A stretch of 64,000 bases of DNA. Origin: Podospora anserina. Taxonomy: Eukaryota. The notes beneath the pieces were generated by a model, which had not been told where the DNA came from, made no database searches, and saw only the letters and a program-made list of their open reading frames with translations. The DNA lies in NCBI GenBank assembly GCA_017654855.1, contig CM030336.1:2852001-2916000 (forward strand), read 5' to 3'. Below, piece after piece: positions 37,706 through 48,907 of the stretch (its first letter is position 1; every line of letters starts with the position of its first letter). The translations under genes and the position numbers were made by a program.

Positions 37706-39719
37706 ATGCCTGTCCTAAACGTCAGCGAACTCAATATTGTATTGACAATTATTGGTGCTTTCATCTTGGGATTCGGCGTCATCTCGGTCCTCATCAAGAA
37801 CCGATGGCTTCTCGGCGAAGCTCGTAGGTTTCCCCCAACTATACCAAAAGAGCCATGATGACTGACATCACTCAGTCCCTGCTATGACCCTTGGTATCAT
37901 TCTTGGTCCACTAGCGGCCAAATTTCTAGACTCTTCGCGATGGGGCTCAGCCGAACCAGGCCAAGTATCTGAGATCACGCTGGTTTGTCTTGCCCTGCAT
38001 CTCATCACCACTCGTGCCTATCACTAACACTGTGATTCGAGGGCATTACACGAGTGGTTATCGGCGTCCAGCTTGTCATTGCTGGTTTTCAACTGCCGGC
38101 CAAGTACCAAAAGCTTCGGTGGAAGGAGATGCTCATGCTCATGCTTCCCGTCATGACAATCATGTGGCTGTGCTCGACTCTCTGCATGATGGCCACCATC
38201 CCCAAGGTGACCCTGCTGGCGACCTTGGTTATGGCTGCTTGCATCACCTGTACCGATCCCGTTTTGTCACAAGCCGTTGCCAAGGGCCCCTTTTCCGACA
38301 AGTTTGTCGCCAGAGACCTCAGAGAAATCATCTCTTCGGAAGCCGGCGCTAACGATGGCTTTGGTTTTCCGTTTTTGTTGCTGGCGACCTATCTCATGCG
38401 GGCCCAGACCCCCGAGGCATCGACACTCGTCGCTCGGGCCGGAGAGGAAGTGGTGAGACATGGCGGAGGAGTAGGCCAGGCGATTGGCAAATGGTTCCTC
38501 GAAACATGGCTCTACTTTGTGCTCATGTCGATTGCTATCGGTGTTGTGGTTGGATATGCTGCTGGGAAGGGGCTGAAGTTTGCCTTGCAACGCAAGTGGG
38601 TAGACTCTGAGAGTTATGTGCTCTACCCCACTGCGCTCGGTGTAAGTCGTTGGAGCCGTCCGGTTTTGAACTGACCCGTGAGCTAATCAATCTCAGCTGT
38701 TCTTGCTTGGTGTCTGTGGCATGATCGGGGGTGACGATTTGCTGGCTTGCTTCACCGCTGGCAGTGTCCTAAACTGGGATGGTGAATACATGTGCGAGAC
38801 ATTGGAACGACATGATGAGGTAAACTCATCCGTTGATGTCCTCCTCAACTTTGGAGGCTTCATGTACCTCGGCACCGTGATCCCATGGAGCGAGTTCCAT
38901 CAGCCAGACACGACCGGCATCACAGTTCCCCGCCTTATCGCCCTCGGGTTCCTCATCCTTGCCTTCCGCCGCATCCCTGCTATTTTTATCATGTACAAGT
39001 TCATGCCGAACGTCATCAAGAACTGGAAGGAGGCCTTGTTTATGGGATACTTTGGCCCCATTGGAATCGGAGCTGCCTTTTACGTCGAACACACCAGGCA
39101 TCTTTATCCGAAACTCGCCGACGCCGATGAAGAGATGGGTAATTTGCTGAGGGCTATCGGGCCAACGGTGTATTTCCTCGTCTTCTTTTCCATCGTCATT
39201 CACGGTCTTTCCATCCCCGCCTTGAACGCAATTTATGGCTGGTACGGTGTCCAGCCAATCCAGGACGATGCCATGCTTTTCGAGCGCAAGTCTATCCGCG
39301 TCCCGACCCCCGTCAACGCCGAGGTCGGTGACGATCACACGTTTATCGCCTACAACCGCTTCTCACGCCCCGTTTTCGATGATGCCGAGTTGCCGACATT
39401 CGACCGCACCGTTTCCATGGGTCGCAGGTCGATGAGCCGCGTTTCGATGGGCCGCCGATCCATGAGCAGAATCTCTTTGAGCCAATACCCTACCATCAGC
39501 AGGGCCCCCACCATCAGTAGAGTGCCTAGCCAGAACCGTGACCGTGACCGGGAAGAGAAAGACGATCCGGCCGATTCAACTGGCACCTCTAGCCTTTCGA
39601 GCTCAGCGGAAACCAAGGCGCCCGAGGTTGAGACCCCGTTGACCCCCACTCCCCAACCTGCACAGACAATAGAGACGCCTGGGTTGGGACGTCCAACAAC
39701 TATAAAGTACGCGGTATAG
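37706..39719 (+). CDS. Plasma-membrane Na+(K+)/H+ antiporter, Nha1/Sod2 family (CPA1); 4 exons
   Basis: CITCTDPVLSQAVAKGPFSD, ISSEAGANDGFGFPFL, GGDDLLACF, FRRIPAI, FMGYFGPIGIGA, SIVIHGLSIP; many TM segments. Confidence 0.93.
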
Positions 39720-40238
39720 AGAGTGTGCTTTTTTGCTGGTTTTCCTTCTCTGTTAGACTGTAGATAGTGTCTGGATTAATTAGACGCGGGTTGTACATAC
39801 TACTTAATATACTGCGGCAGGCCCTCAGTGCGCTGCAACATTTCATCACGATAGTTTTCCCATCAAACCAATGGTTTGGGATAGATTCTCATCTATTAAT
39901 GACAGAGAACTACGTTGCTATTCCAAGGTATCGCCAGCGTCGCCAGCAAAACTCGCTCTCTTGCCGCGGTTCTACCTCTGTGTCTATCCCAACCTCTCTC
40001 CCGTCCCCTCTAGGTACATCCTAGTCGTACACGATCCGCCCGGTCTGAAAAGAAAATCAAAAAGCCACCAAAGATCCTCTCTGCAACTATCCAAAAGAGC
40101 GACAAGAGCTTGTCATTAACCACCAAGCCAGAAATCATGAAATCAGAAAATCAATCCCAAAGAATCATCCCTCAAAGAATCATGCCAAACATCCCAAAAG
40201 ATCATGTCGCTATCCCGCCCAACGTGTCGAACAAGCAC

Positions 40239-40577
40239 TTAGACTCTGTTCTTGGCCTTGGCCGTGGCGGCGGCGGCAGCGGTGCTGCTGGACTGGAGTC
40301 CTGGAATGTTGATCTGGCGCTTGTTCTTAGCCTTGGCAGTGGCGGCGGCGGCGGTGGTGCTGCTGGACTGGAGTCCAGGAATGTTGATCTGACGCTTGTT
40401 CTTAGCCTTGGCGTTGGAGTCGGAGTCGGCAGCGGCTGTCGCGGAGGCGCCGGCCGAGACGACAACAACACCAGAAGGCAGGGTGACGCCGCTGGGGATG
40501 CTAACACCGGAGGGGAGCGAGATGGTGACGGCCGAAACGGTGGTGAAGATGGCGGTCATGGCGACAAAGAACTTCAT
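40239..40577 (-). CDS. Small secreted Kex2-processed repeat protein (KEP) / peptide precursor
   Basis: Signal peptide MKFFVAMTAIFTTVSA; 3x [LI]PSGV; two KNKR|QINIPGLQSSST(T)AAAATAKAKN repeats; strong codon bias; TATA-like element upstream (~40810). Confidence 0.8.
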   Translation of the reverse strand: MKFFVAMTAIFTTVSAVTISLPSGVSIPSGVTLPSGVVVVSAGASATAAADSDSNAKAKNKRQINIPGLQSSSTTAAAATAKAKNKRQINIPGLQSSSTAAAAATAKAKNRV

Positions 40578-41318
40578 TTTGACGGTTGGGTTGGTTGTTG
40601 GTTGATTAAACGGTTGGGTGATGTGTTTGTTGAGATGTGAAGATTTAGGTTGGGGGGGGGGGTATGTGTCTTTTTTGTTTTTGTTTTTGTGCGTAAACTT
40701 TTCTCAAGCGAGCGTGGGTGAGATTAGTGTAAAGGGAGTATTAGTGATGAATGTGAGTGCTGCGTGATGAGAAAAGAAAATGCTGTTCGGGTGTTGGGTG
40801 AGGTCGAGTTATATAGAGGAGCTTTCTCCGGCTCAAGCAGATGTTCTGTCCACGATGAGAACGAACACGCCAAACCAACTCTAACCGGCAGCGCGGCTTC
40901 GAAGTATTGGGCTTCTAGCACATGCCGCCGAACGTTGCATTAGACAAGCGGGATCAAACTCCGGCGCCGCCACCACCGATGCGTGGTTGGTTTACTTAGT
41001 TCTGCATCGGCCGGTTCCAACATGGCGGGTCAACGAAACCGCCGTGAACGGGCCTATACGCTAGAGGCAAACCACTTTCCAAGTGTGTCTCACGAGTCGG
41101 ATGGTCAGAATCATAAGCATGCTCGGGCTATCGTGGCAAGGGACTGCGTCGTCGGTCTGTCCGGCCCCTGAGTAAAAGAACCACGTGCGGGATCACATGC
41201 GAAGTCGAGAACAATTATGGTATCAATTTCAAGCGTGTCGTGAAGACAACACAAATCACAAACCGAGGAATAGATTCTTGAACTGAAACGTTGGATATCC
41301 CCCCTTTTGGCTCTCCCC

Positions 41319-42716
41319 TCAAGCACCCCTTGCCTTGGCCGTCACGTAAAAGTCGATCGGCCGCACGTTGAACCACCCATCCTGCTTCATCACATACTGC
41401 TCGTCCACCGCCTGAAAATCAACTTCCTTGATCAGCTTGGCCGTCACCACCACTAGAAACTCCCAAGCCCAGTGTTTGCCGATACATTCTCGTTTGCCAT
41501 TTCCGAACCACTTCTTGACACCGGCCGGCAGCTTGGTGAAGTTGTCGCCCACCATTCTCTCTGGCTTGAACTTGAGAGGTTCCTCAAACACGGCTGGATC
41601 TCTGTTGACTCCAGCCAGAACAACGATCATGGCCTGGTTGTGCGCAATCTGGTACTTGCCGCCTTGAAGCAGAATGGGCGACTTGTCGCCATTCTTGGAC
41701 GGAATTGGCTCAATGTTGAAGCCCGGAGCCGCGCAGCTCAACCTCAGCGTCTCTCTCACAATCCCCTGGATGTATTTCAACTGGGCGATATGGTCTTGCC
41801 TCAGCGCACCGTCTCCAACCACGCGGTCCAACTCCTCTCTGGCCTCGGCCACCACCTCTGGATTCTGCAGCAGAAACAGGATGGTCGCTGTGACTGAACA
41901 AGGGGCCGTGGAACTGCCGATCGGCATGCTGACAATCTCATCAATCACCTGGCTGTCGGTCAATTTCTTGCCTGTTTCCGGATCCGTGGCGTTCATCAAC
42001 GCCCAAAGCAAATCCTTGCGTCCGGTAGAGTGTTCGGCCCGGTATTGGATGAGCTCTGCGGCAAAGCCTCTCATCGTCTTGGTCGCCTCCTTCCACTTGC
42101 CGTTGTATAGCAGCCAGTTGAGGAGCTTCGGCCTGTTGGGTCGCCTCATTGCTTCTGAGGTAGCATCCTCCATGGCCTGGATCATGGGATGCTCCTCTCC
42201 TTCCTTCATTTTGATGGCTCCCAGCTTCTTGCCAAACAGTGTCAACATTGTCGCCTCCAAGTTCAGGTTGTTGAGGTCTTTGAGAGGTTGGAACTTGGTC
42301 CCAGGTTCGAGACCCTTGGTCCACTTGGCGATCAACTCGTCGGTGCACAGCAAGAGCTCGTCGAAATGGTCAGCGACTGATTCCGTGCTCAGGTGTGGCG
42401 CGATGATGCGGTGAGCGATACCCCAGGATTCCTCGTGGTCGTATGCGGTAAACAGCGCATCGTGCACGGCGTATCGGATCTCGACGATGGGCCCGCCAAC
42501 GAATTTGCGGAACCGAGTCTCGTCGCAAATCTCTTCTGCTAGAGCAGCGCTGGCGACAAAGACAATTTCATGCCCCAAGACCTTGATCTTGAAGATCTCG
42601 CCATACTTTTCAGCCAGCGTGCGCAAAGACCACCAGGTGTTGCTCGGGTTGACGTCCATGATGTTGCCGAGCAGGGGAAGGCCTGGAGGGCCAGGGATGG
42701 TGAGTGGGGAGGACAT
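41319..42716 (-). CDS. Intronless cytochrome P450, CYP505/CYP102-like heme domain without reductase fusion or membrane anchor
   Basis: IPGPPGLPLLGN, ICDETRFRK, LFTAYDHEESWGIAHRI, DPETGKKLTD, RETLRL, FKPERM, WFGNGKRECIG. Confidence 0.92.
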   Translation of the reverse strand: MSSPLTIPGPPGLPLLGNIMDVNPSNTWWSLRTLAEKYGEIFKIKVLGHEIVFVASAALAEEICDETRFRKFVGGPIVEIRYAVHDALFTAYDHEESWGIAHRIIAPHLSTESVADHFDELLLCTDELIAKWTKGLEPGTKFQPLKDLNNLNLEATMLTLFGKKLGAIKMKEGEEHPMIQAMEDATSEAMRRPNRPKLLNWLLYNGKWKEATKTMRGFAAELIQYRAEHSTGRKDLLWALMNATDPETGKKLTDSQVIDEIVSMPIGSSTAPCSVTATILFLLQNPEVVAEAREELDRVVGDGALRQDHIAQLKYIQGIVRETLRLSCAAPGFNIEPIPSKNGDKSPILLQGGKYQIAHNQAMIVVLAGVNRDPAVFEEPLKFKPERMVGDNFTKLPAGVKKWFGNGKRECIGKHWAWEFLVVVTAKLIKEVDFQAVDEQYVMKQDGWFNVRPIDFYVTAKARGA

Positions 42717-45560
42717 GGTGTAGGCAGTGTCTGGAGTTTATCGTTGTAGAAGTGAGGGAATGGCGATAGGAGAGGGGGGAGATGTTCTCTTTAAAAGCGT
42801 CCAGGAATGAGGTTTTGCGTCATGTCGGTCAAGGGAAAAGACGTGGCTGGCAGGGTGAGACAGCATTTCTCAAGTCCCACCATGGGCACCGTCCGCCATT
42901 CCGGTCATGGGGATCATTTGGTGAGTCCAATGAGATTTGCTGTGTGGTGTAAGCCATGTGGGTGCAGCGACCTTTTGGGTGCGCCACTGAGCAAGAGGGA
43001 GCTGAGACATGCAGGGATTTCTGGCCCTGGCCAGTGTAGTTAGAGCGGCTTGTCTCGCAGGCGGGTCGTGATCGGCGCTCATCCGACCAATTGCTGGCAC
43101 ATCATTTGTCAATCTCGAGGCGGTTGTCGCGGGATCCTACTATCGATCTACGAAGCTTATTGGCACCTTTCCCAGAGCAGTTTACTGCGTGCGTTGTCAC
43201 TCTCTTGAGCATAGCTCAGGTTCTGGATAATGTAACAGAAGATGTCGGATAGTGTATTTAATCTCCAAGCCGTAACATCTTCAGCCGTGAAACACTTCCA
43301 ACATGGTGTCACAGGGTGCAAAGTCTCACGGTGAAAAGAATTGCATAGTTAATGACACACTAATACTTAGCGAATAGTTTGGATAGGTTCCGCATGCAAC
43401 TTGTACTCGGCAGCAATAAGCCCCTGTCACGGAGTATCTTCGATCGACACATTCGTACTCCTAGTTATGGGTGCTGTCAGCTGCGGCATGAGCCTGCTCG
43501 GAGGTCAAAGAGGTCAAGGCAGTTACGGTACCTTCTTATTCCTCTGTCATAATGGCCATATCTGGAGTTATGAGGGATGATAGAAGTTTGGAATGAAATT
43601 GTCTGCCAGGACCTCACTTTCATCTAGCAATCACAATGGAATTGTTATGAACCTACTTTGGGATTCTCGAGGTTCAATGTCTATGGCTTTTCCCCTGCAG
43701 TACTCCTTATCGATAAGATTGGATCGCTGTGATGGTTGGTTAGCCCTGAGGTTGGCAGAGGAAGGTATGTTGGATTTTACTCGTTCACGTTTCTAGTAGC
43801 CTGGGTCTTACACAGTCGCATGTGCACTAGGTAGCTAAGAAGGTCTCAAAGGTAAACGCCAGAGTGCGTGTGAGGATGGTGAGCACTGCTGGCGACGAGG
43901 GAGAGATGATGGACGCCACCTTCATTCACTACATGAATATAGAGCATTTCCTCGTGGTCTTTGTCACAACTAGTTTCCTTTACACGACAACTCAAGCTTA
44001 TGCCAGAGACAAGAGCCTGGTTCAGACGCTCCCCATAGACAGGACGGGGCAAAGAGATAGAAACGAGATGAGTACACCCTGCAAAATCCGTGTTGAACAT
44101 ACCTTATCTGGCTTGATTACGAACAGGGATGGTGTTCAGGCGATGAGGCAGGTTCCTCGGGCATAAATCCTGGTGTGAGGGCGCATATATCCAAGTAGGT
44201 AGCCACAAGTTCCTCTCAAAATCGCCGGCTCTCTCTAACGTTAGGTGGATAGTGGCCCGTAACCCGTCCCCGATGTGTCTAACATCAGAGCAGAGATGTT
44301 GACATTGCCCCTGAGCCCCTTGTGACACCGGCATTGACACGATGTCAGCAGAGTAGGTACTTAGCCACTGCTGGACCTGGGCATTCATGTGATGTTATGA
44401 TTTATAGCTTAAACACGTCGCGGGTGGAGGAGCCAAAAATTGACGGGTTGAGCTCATGGGTTCCTGACTCCATTCCAACAAAAAAAGTGATGATGTGGTC
44501 ATGCTTGGTGCATTCTATTCGATCGAGGTTAGACCTTGTCACCACCCCGCATGTTCTCAACGGATCAAATTCTGAAAGAAAAACAAAACGGTAGGGAGCG
44601 TTGAGGGTTTCCCCACCGATGGATTGGCGCTAATCGAACATCGGTTCACGCCGGGTGAGGGGATGAAGGGACCCACGATGTCCAAGACATCCTGACGGAA
44701 GCTGAGATCGAAGCTTAGCGCGCGAACGGATGGGGCTCGTGCGTGACATGATTTTTAACAATTAAGAATCACCAAGCATGACTCGTATTGGACTGAGGAG
44801 GAAGCAAGGGAGGGAAGAGAACGACAAGCGATATGCCTGGCATCAGACAATGCCAAATGAGGGTGTGGGGGATCTGATAAATGACAAGTTGTCGACCCTC
44901 CAAGCGAATGACAGGCGTCTGCGCTGGGCCGAGTTCGGACCTTTTTGTGTTCTTGTGCAGGAGATAGGGCGGCATTTGCAGAGTATTGAAAGAAAAAGAA
45001 GAAAAAGAAACTGACATGACATATGTCCCAAGATTAGATGCTGAGAGGATGCAAGTGAGTACATATGGTCGCCGACTACCACCCAAAATGAATATGCATG
45101 TCTCACAAAACCCAAGTTCTGGCCACCATTCACATCTCCCCCAGATGCATTGTGGCTTGGCGAGTTCCGATGCATTTCGGTGGTGGATAGCTCGGATTGG
45201 TGCGGTCTCATCCACACATCCTGGCATGCATGCCCGTGCAGCAGGGCTGGCCCCTCTCTGTTGCAATTGGTGACGGCACTCGGAATCCACAAGCCCACGA
45301 TCCTGCTCGTTCTTTTTCTCCATCTCAGCCTGGACCCGCGGTTGTCTGTTTCATGGCATGCTTGGCAGATGGCGAGTCTGTGCAGAGAAGCTATGTATGT
45401 ACATAGGAGTGATAGCTCCTGATCTCCTGGTTGACCCGACCCATTGGGACCACCTCTCTTCCATCCTGCGGGCGCCCGGGTCCGTTGTCCTTGTTGATCA
45501 CTCAAAGCCAGCCAGTTCCTCAACTCCAATGTCGACCTAATCTCAAGTCGCGCAGCTGCT

Positions 45561-48500
45561 ATGTCGCCTGCCATGGACTCGGCAGCCTACGATGCTGGCT
45601 TGGCTCAGTACATCGGCCACCCGGTGCCGTATCAGTTTGATCCCGCCCTCCTCACACTCAGCTATGCTGTCAGTCTCGTCGGCGCCGCCTCGACCCTCGA
45701 GCTCATCAACCGACGGACCTCGAGAAAGGGGTACTACAACAAGTACGGGGTCCCGTCGCCAGACCGTTGCGCCTGTGATTGCTGACGGAAACACACAGTC
45801 TGTTGCTGCTAGCCGCCTCGGTGACCATGGGCGGCGTTTCCATCTGGTGCATGGTATGTTATCTTCTGAGCGCCATTTCGATCAAGTCTTTTTTACTTAC
45901 GTTGTGGTAGCATTACATTGGCAATCGTGCAACAAGTCTGCTCAACGGGCAGCCCGAGCTTCAGGTTGTCTATTCGGTCCGCGTTACGGTAGCCTCCTTT
46001 TTCGTACCCATCCTCGTCTTGTGCGCCGCCTTTTTTGTCGTGACCAGCACCCGAAATGCCAGTGGCGTCAACTGGTGGCGCATCGGGGTATCTGGCATGT
46101 TGTCAGGGGGAGCCATTTGCGGCATGCACTACCTCGGCAACGCCTCCATCAGCAACTATCACTGCAGCTACCGCCCTGCCAACGTGGTTGGGTCTGCCCT
46201 CATTGCTGTTGCGGCCAGCACCGTTGCGCTCGCGCTGTTTTTTGTGTTTAGGGCATCTTGGACCAACTCCTGGTGGAAGAGAACTGGATGTGCCATCGTC
46301 TTGGCTGGCGCCGTCTCGGGCATGCATTGGTGCGGTGCTGTTGGGACCACATACCGACTGATGCACCTCCACTCGAGCAGTGAGATGGATACGAGAAATG
46401 TCACGGTTATTGTGATTTCATGTCTGGTGAGTGAGGAAAAGGTACAAGTAACCCTGCATTACTGACGACGAACAGTCAGTTGCTGCCTGTGCTGTCATGG
46501 CAGGGACGGCCATCTACTCGGCGCGAGTGCGCCAAAGCTACGCCAGCAAGGCCCAAAGAATCACTCTCGCCGCTGCTGTGTTCGATCATCAAGGCCGAAT
46601 CCTCGTTTCCCCTGATGGAGCTCTGCCCAGTGAGGAGATTACCAGCAAGTTTCTCCAAAAGGTGTGTCTCTGCTGTCCGACTGTTGATCTGAGCGCCCTC
46701 GCTGACCGGGCGTGATAGACCCAAAACGACGTCTTCTCTACCGCACACCCCCTTTTCCACTGGGTCTTCCAGGCGTCGAGGAATTGGTCCAGCGTGACTG
46801 TGCTGCTGGGAAAGATGAAAAACCACCTGGCCGAGCTTCCGCATCGTGGTCGCAATGTGCGAACAGGCATCTCTCTGGTCGATGACGATGGCCATGTGAT
46901 TGACAACTACAACGTGATCTTCCGCGAGTTGTTCTGCTTGGCTGCCGCCGGGCTTGCTGACAAGATGAACGAGAACTTGACAGACGCTGGTATTCTCTGG
47001 GATGAGATCTTGTCGACCGGTGGCCAACCGGATGCTGTGTCACTTCGCTCAAACTCGACGGGCAAAACGCAGGGGCCGGTCCCTATCACGTCACGAGATG
47101 CTGACATGGCTGAGAAGGGAGTTACGATTCACCGCCACAACCACGGCTCGCTCATGTGCTTGGTACGTGCTGTCGACAACCCTCGAGTCATGGACCGACT
47201 CGAGGCCTCTGGGTATTGCTTCGCCGACCCTCATCAAGTTGCCCACATCATCGGCACCAAGATGCAGATTCGAACCGCACATCTGGAACAGAAGCTGGCG
47301 AACATGAGGGATTATGCTCACGGTACAATGCTTGATCCCGGCGTCCATGTTGGCTTGTTTGCTGTTCGCACGCAAGTCGACAGCCACCACGGCCACGGTT
47401 TCGATCTTCTTGTGCAAAAACAGGCTCGAAATCTGCTTCCTAGCGTGGAAATGCCGCTCGACCGCCTTGAGCCGTCTCATTTGGAATTCCTGCGCCAGCT
47501 CCACGGCCATTCGGTCCAAGCTATCCTCCAACGGCTCCGGCGCGTCCAAGACATTGCACCACGCAACGCCGCTTTCGCCGCTCTTCTCAGCGACGCTGTT
47601 CGGGGTCTGCGTAGTGCCACCAACGACAAGATTTTGGACGATGCCAAACTCATTTCTCGGGTGGCCCAAGTACCTTGCCGATCGCCAGCGGGCTCCATGG
47701 CCACGAGGTTGGCGACATGCTCGATGATCACCTTTAGCATCATGATCCCAATCCACATCAAGGTCAAAGTTCCAGACCATGCGTTTGTCCCCTTGTACTT
47801 TTTCAAAACCCAGCAGCTCGTGTACGCCAACTCGCCACACGCGGCCGCTTTTGCCCGGAATGTGCACCGGGAGCTGAGCCCCGTCTTGAACTCTGCCTCG
47901 ACCGCCCCCTCGAAGTCCCTCTCCTCCCAGCTACCCTTCACGATGTTCTCTCGCTTCAGGCGCCACAGAAGACCGTCGTTGGAGACGCGACAAGTGCGAG
48001 CCAGCAAGCTCGTTTCTTCCAGCCGGGAATGCATGGCCCCTGCTACTCCATCCAACAACCCGAGCGTTGTGTCGTTGGGTTTGTACCGCGGCGCATCGTC
48101 CACCAACGGACAAGACCCGGATACAGATCAGCTCTCAGACTCGACACTTGCCCCGGAAAGACCTCAGCATCGCCAACGCCCGACGTACGACCAGCAGCGA
48201 GCCACCGGTCCAAAACTAAACGTTCAGCCCAACAACGGGAAGCAACACAAGCACAACAAGTCGTTTGGTGGAATGGGCATCATGATTTCGCAGGAGGTGA
48301 CTGTCGATGTAGATGCTACCACCACCGCTGTCGGACCCAAATCGCCCGCTGTGGCTCTTGCCGCCGAAGAGGTCGAAATGGTCGATGAGACCAAGAGGAT
48401 CCACGAAGCCGATGAGAATCCCACCCCGGCATCACCACAAATTCCTGGGAGAAAGAATGGAACCTTTGTTCAGGAAATCGAGTTGGAGAACGTGACGAGC

Positions 48501-48632
48501 GTCTTGAACTTGAACGGAGGTACAGGCTTCTCCACCGCCAGGGTGGAGGTGAAGAAGGATGGAGACGCAGCCGAAACGCAGACGTTTGTGGATGAGTTGT
48601 TTTCCGACTGTTTAGCCCTGGCAAAGTATTGA
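45561..48632 (+). CDS. Fungal MHYT-domain integral membrane sensor-like protein; multi-exon
   Basis: LSYAVSLVGAASTLELI, GGVSIWCM/HYIGN, GAICGMHYLGN, AVSGMHWCGA repeats; introns near 45742-45798, 45854-45910, 46427-46475 and 46662-46718; long cytoplasmic C-terminus. Confidence 0.88.
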
Positions 48633-48907
48633 GCGGCTGGTCATGACCAAAAGGTGACGGTGTAGGATTATGATACCCCTCTTGTGCGTATGTTTTCATC
48701 GGGTCATGGTTGTGTTTTGGCGAGCATCCAGAAAGTGCTGCCCTGTACATGTTAATGATGGAATATGCGGAACCATGTAATAGTATATAGTAATGAATAT
48801 TGCTTGAAATCACACTTTGTTGATGAGCAGTGAGGCAACACCACTTGAAGCGAGCAAAAAAGGTTGATTACATTACTGATGCGAAGAAAAAGGGATATTA
48901 TAAAAGC

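Noticed and set aside
42800-45500. Short ORFs in the long intergenic region between the P450 and MHYT genes (likewise 18400-19900 and 28500-30000)
   Set aside because: No codon bias, motifs or splice structure; treated as promoter/intergenic DNA
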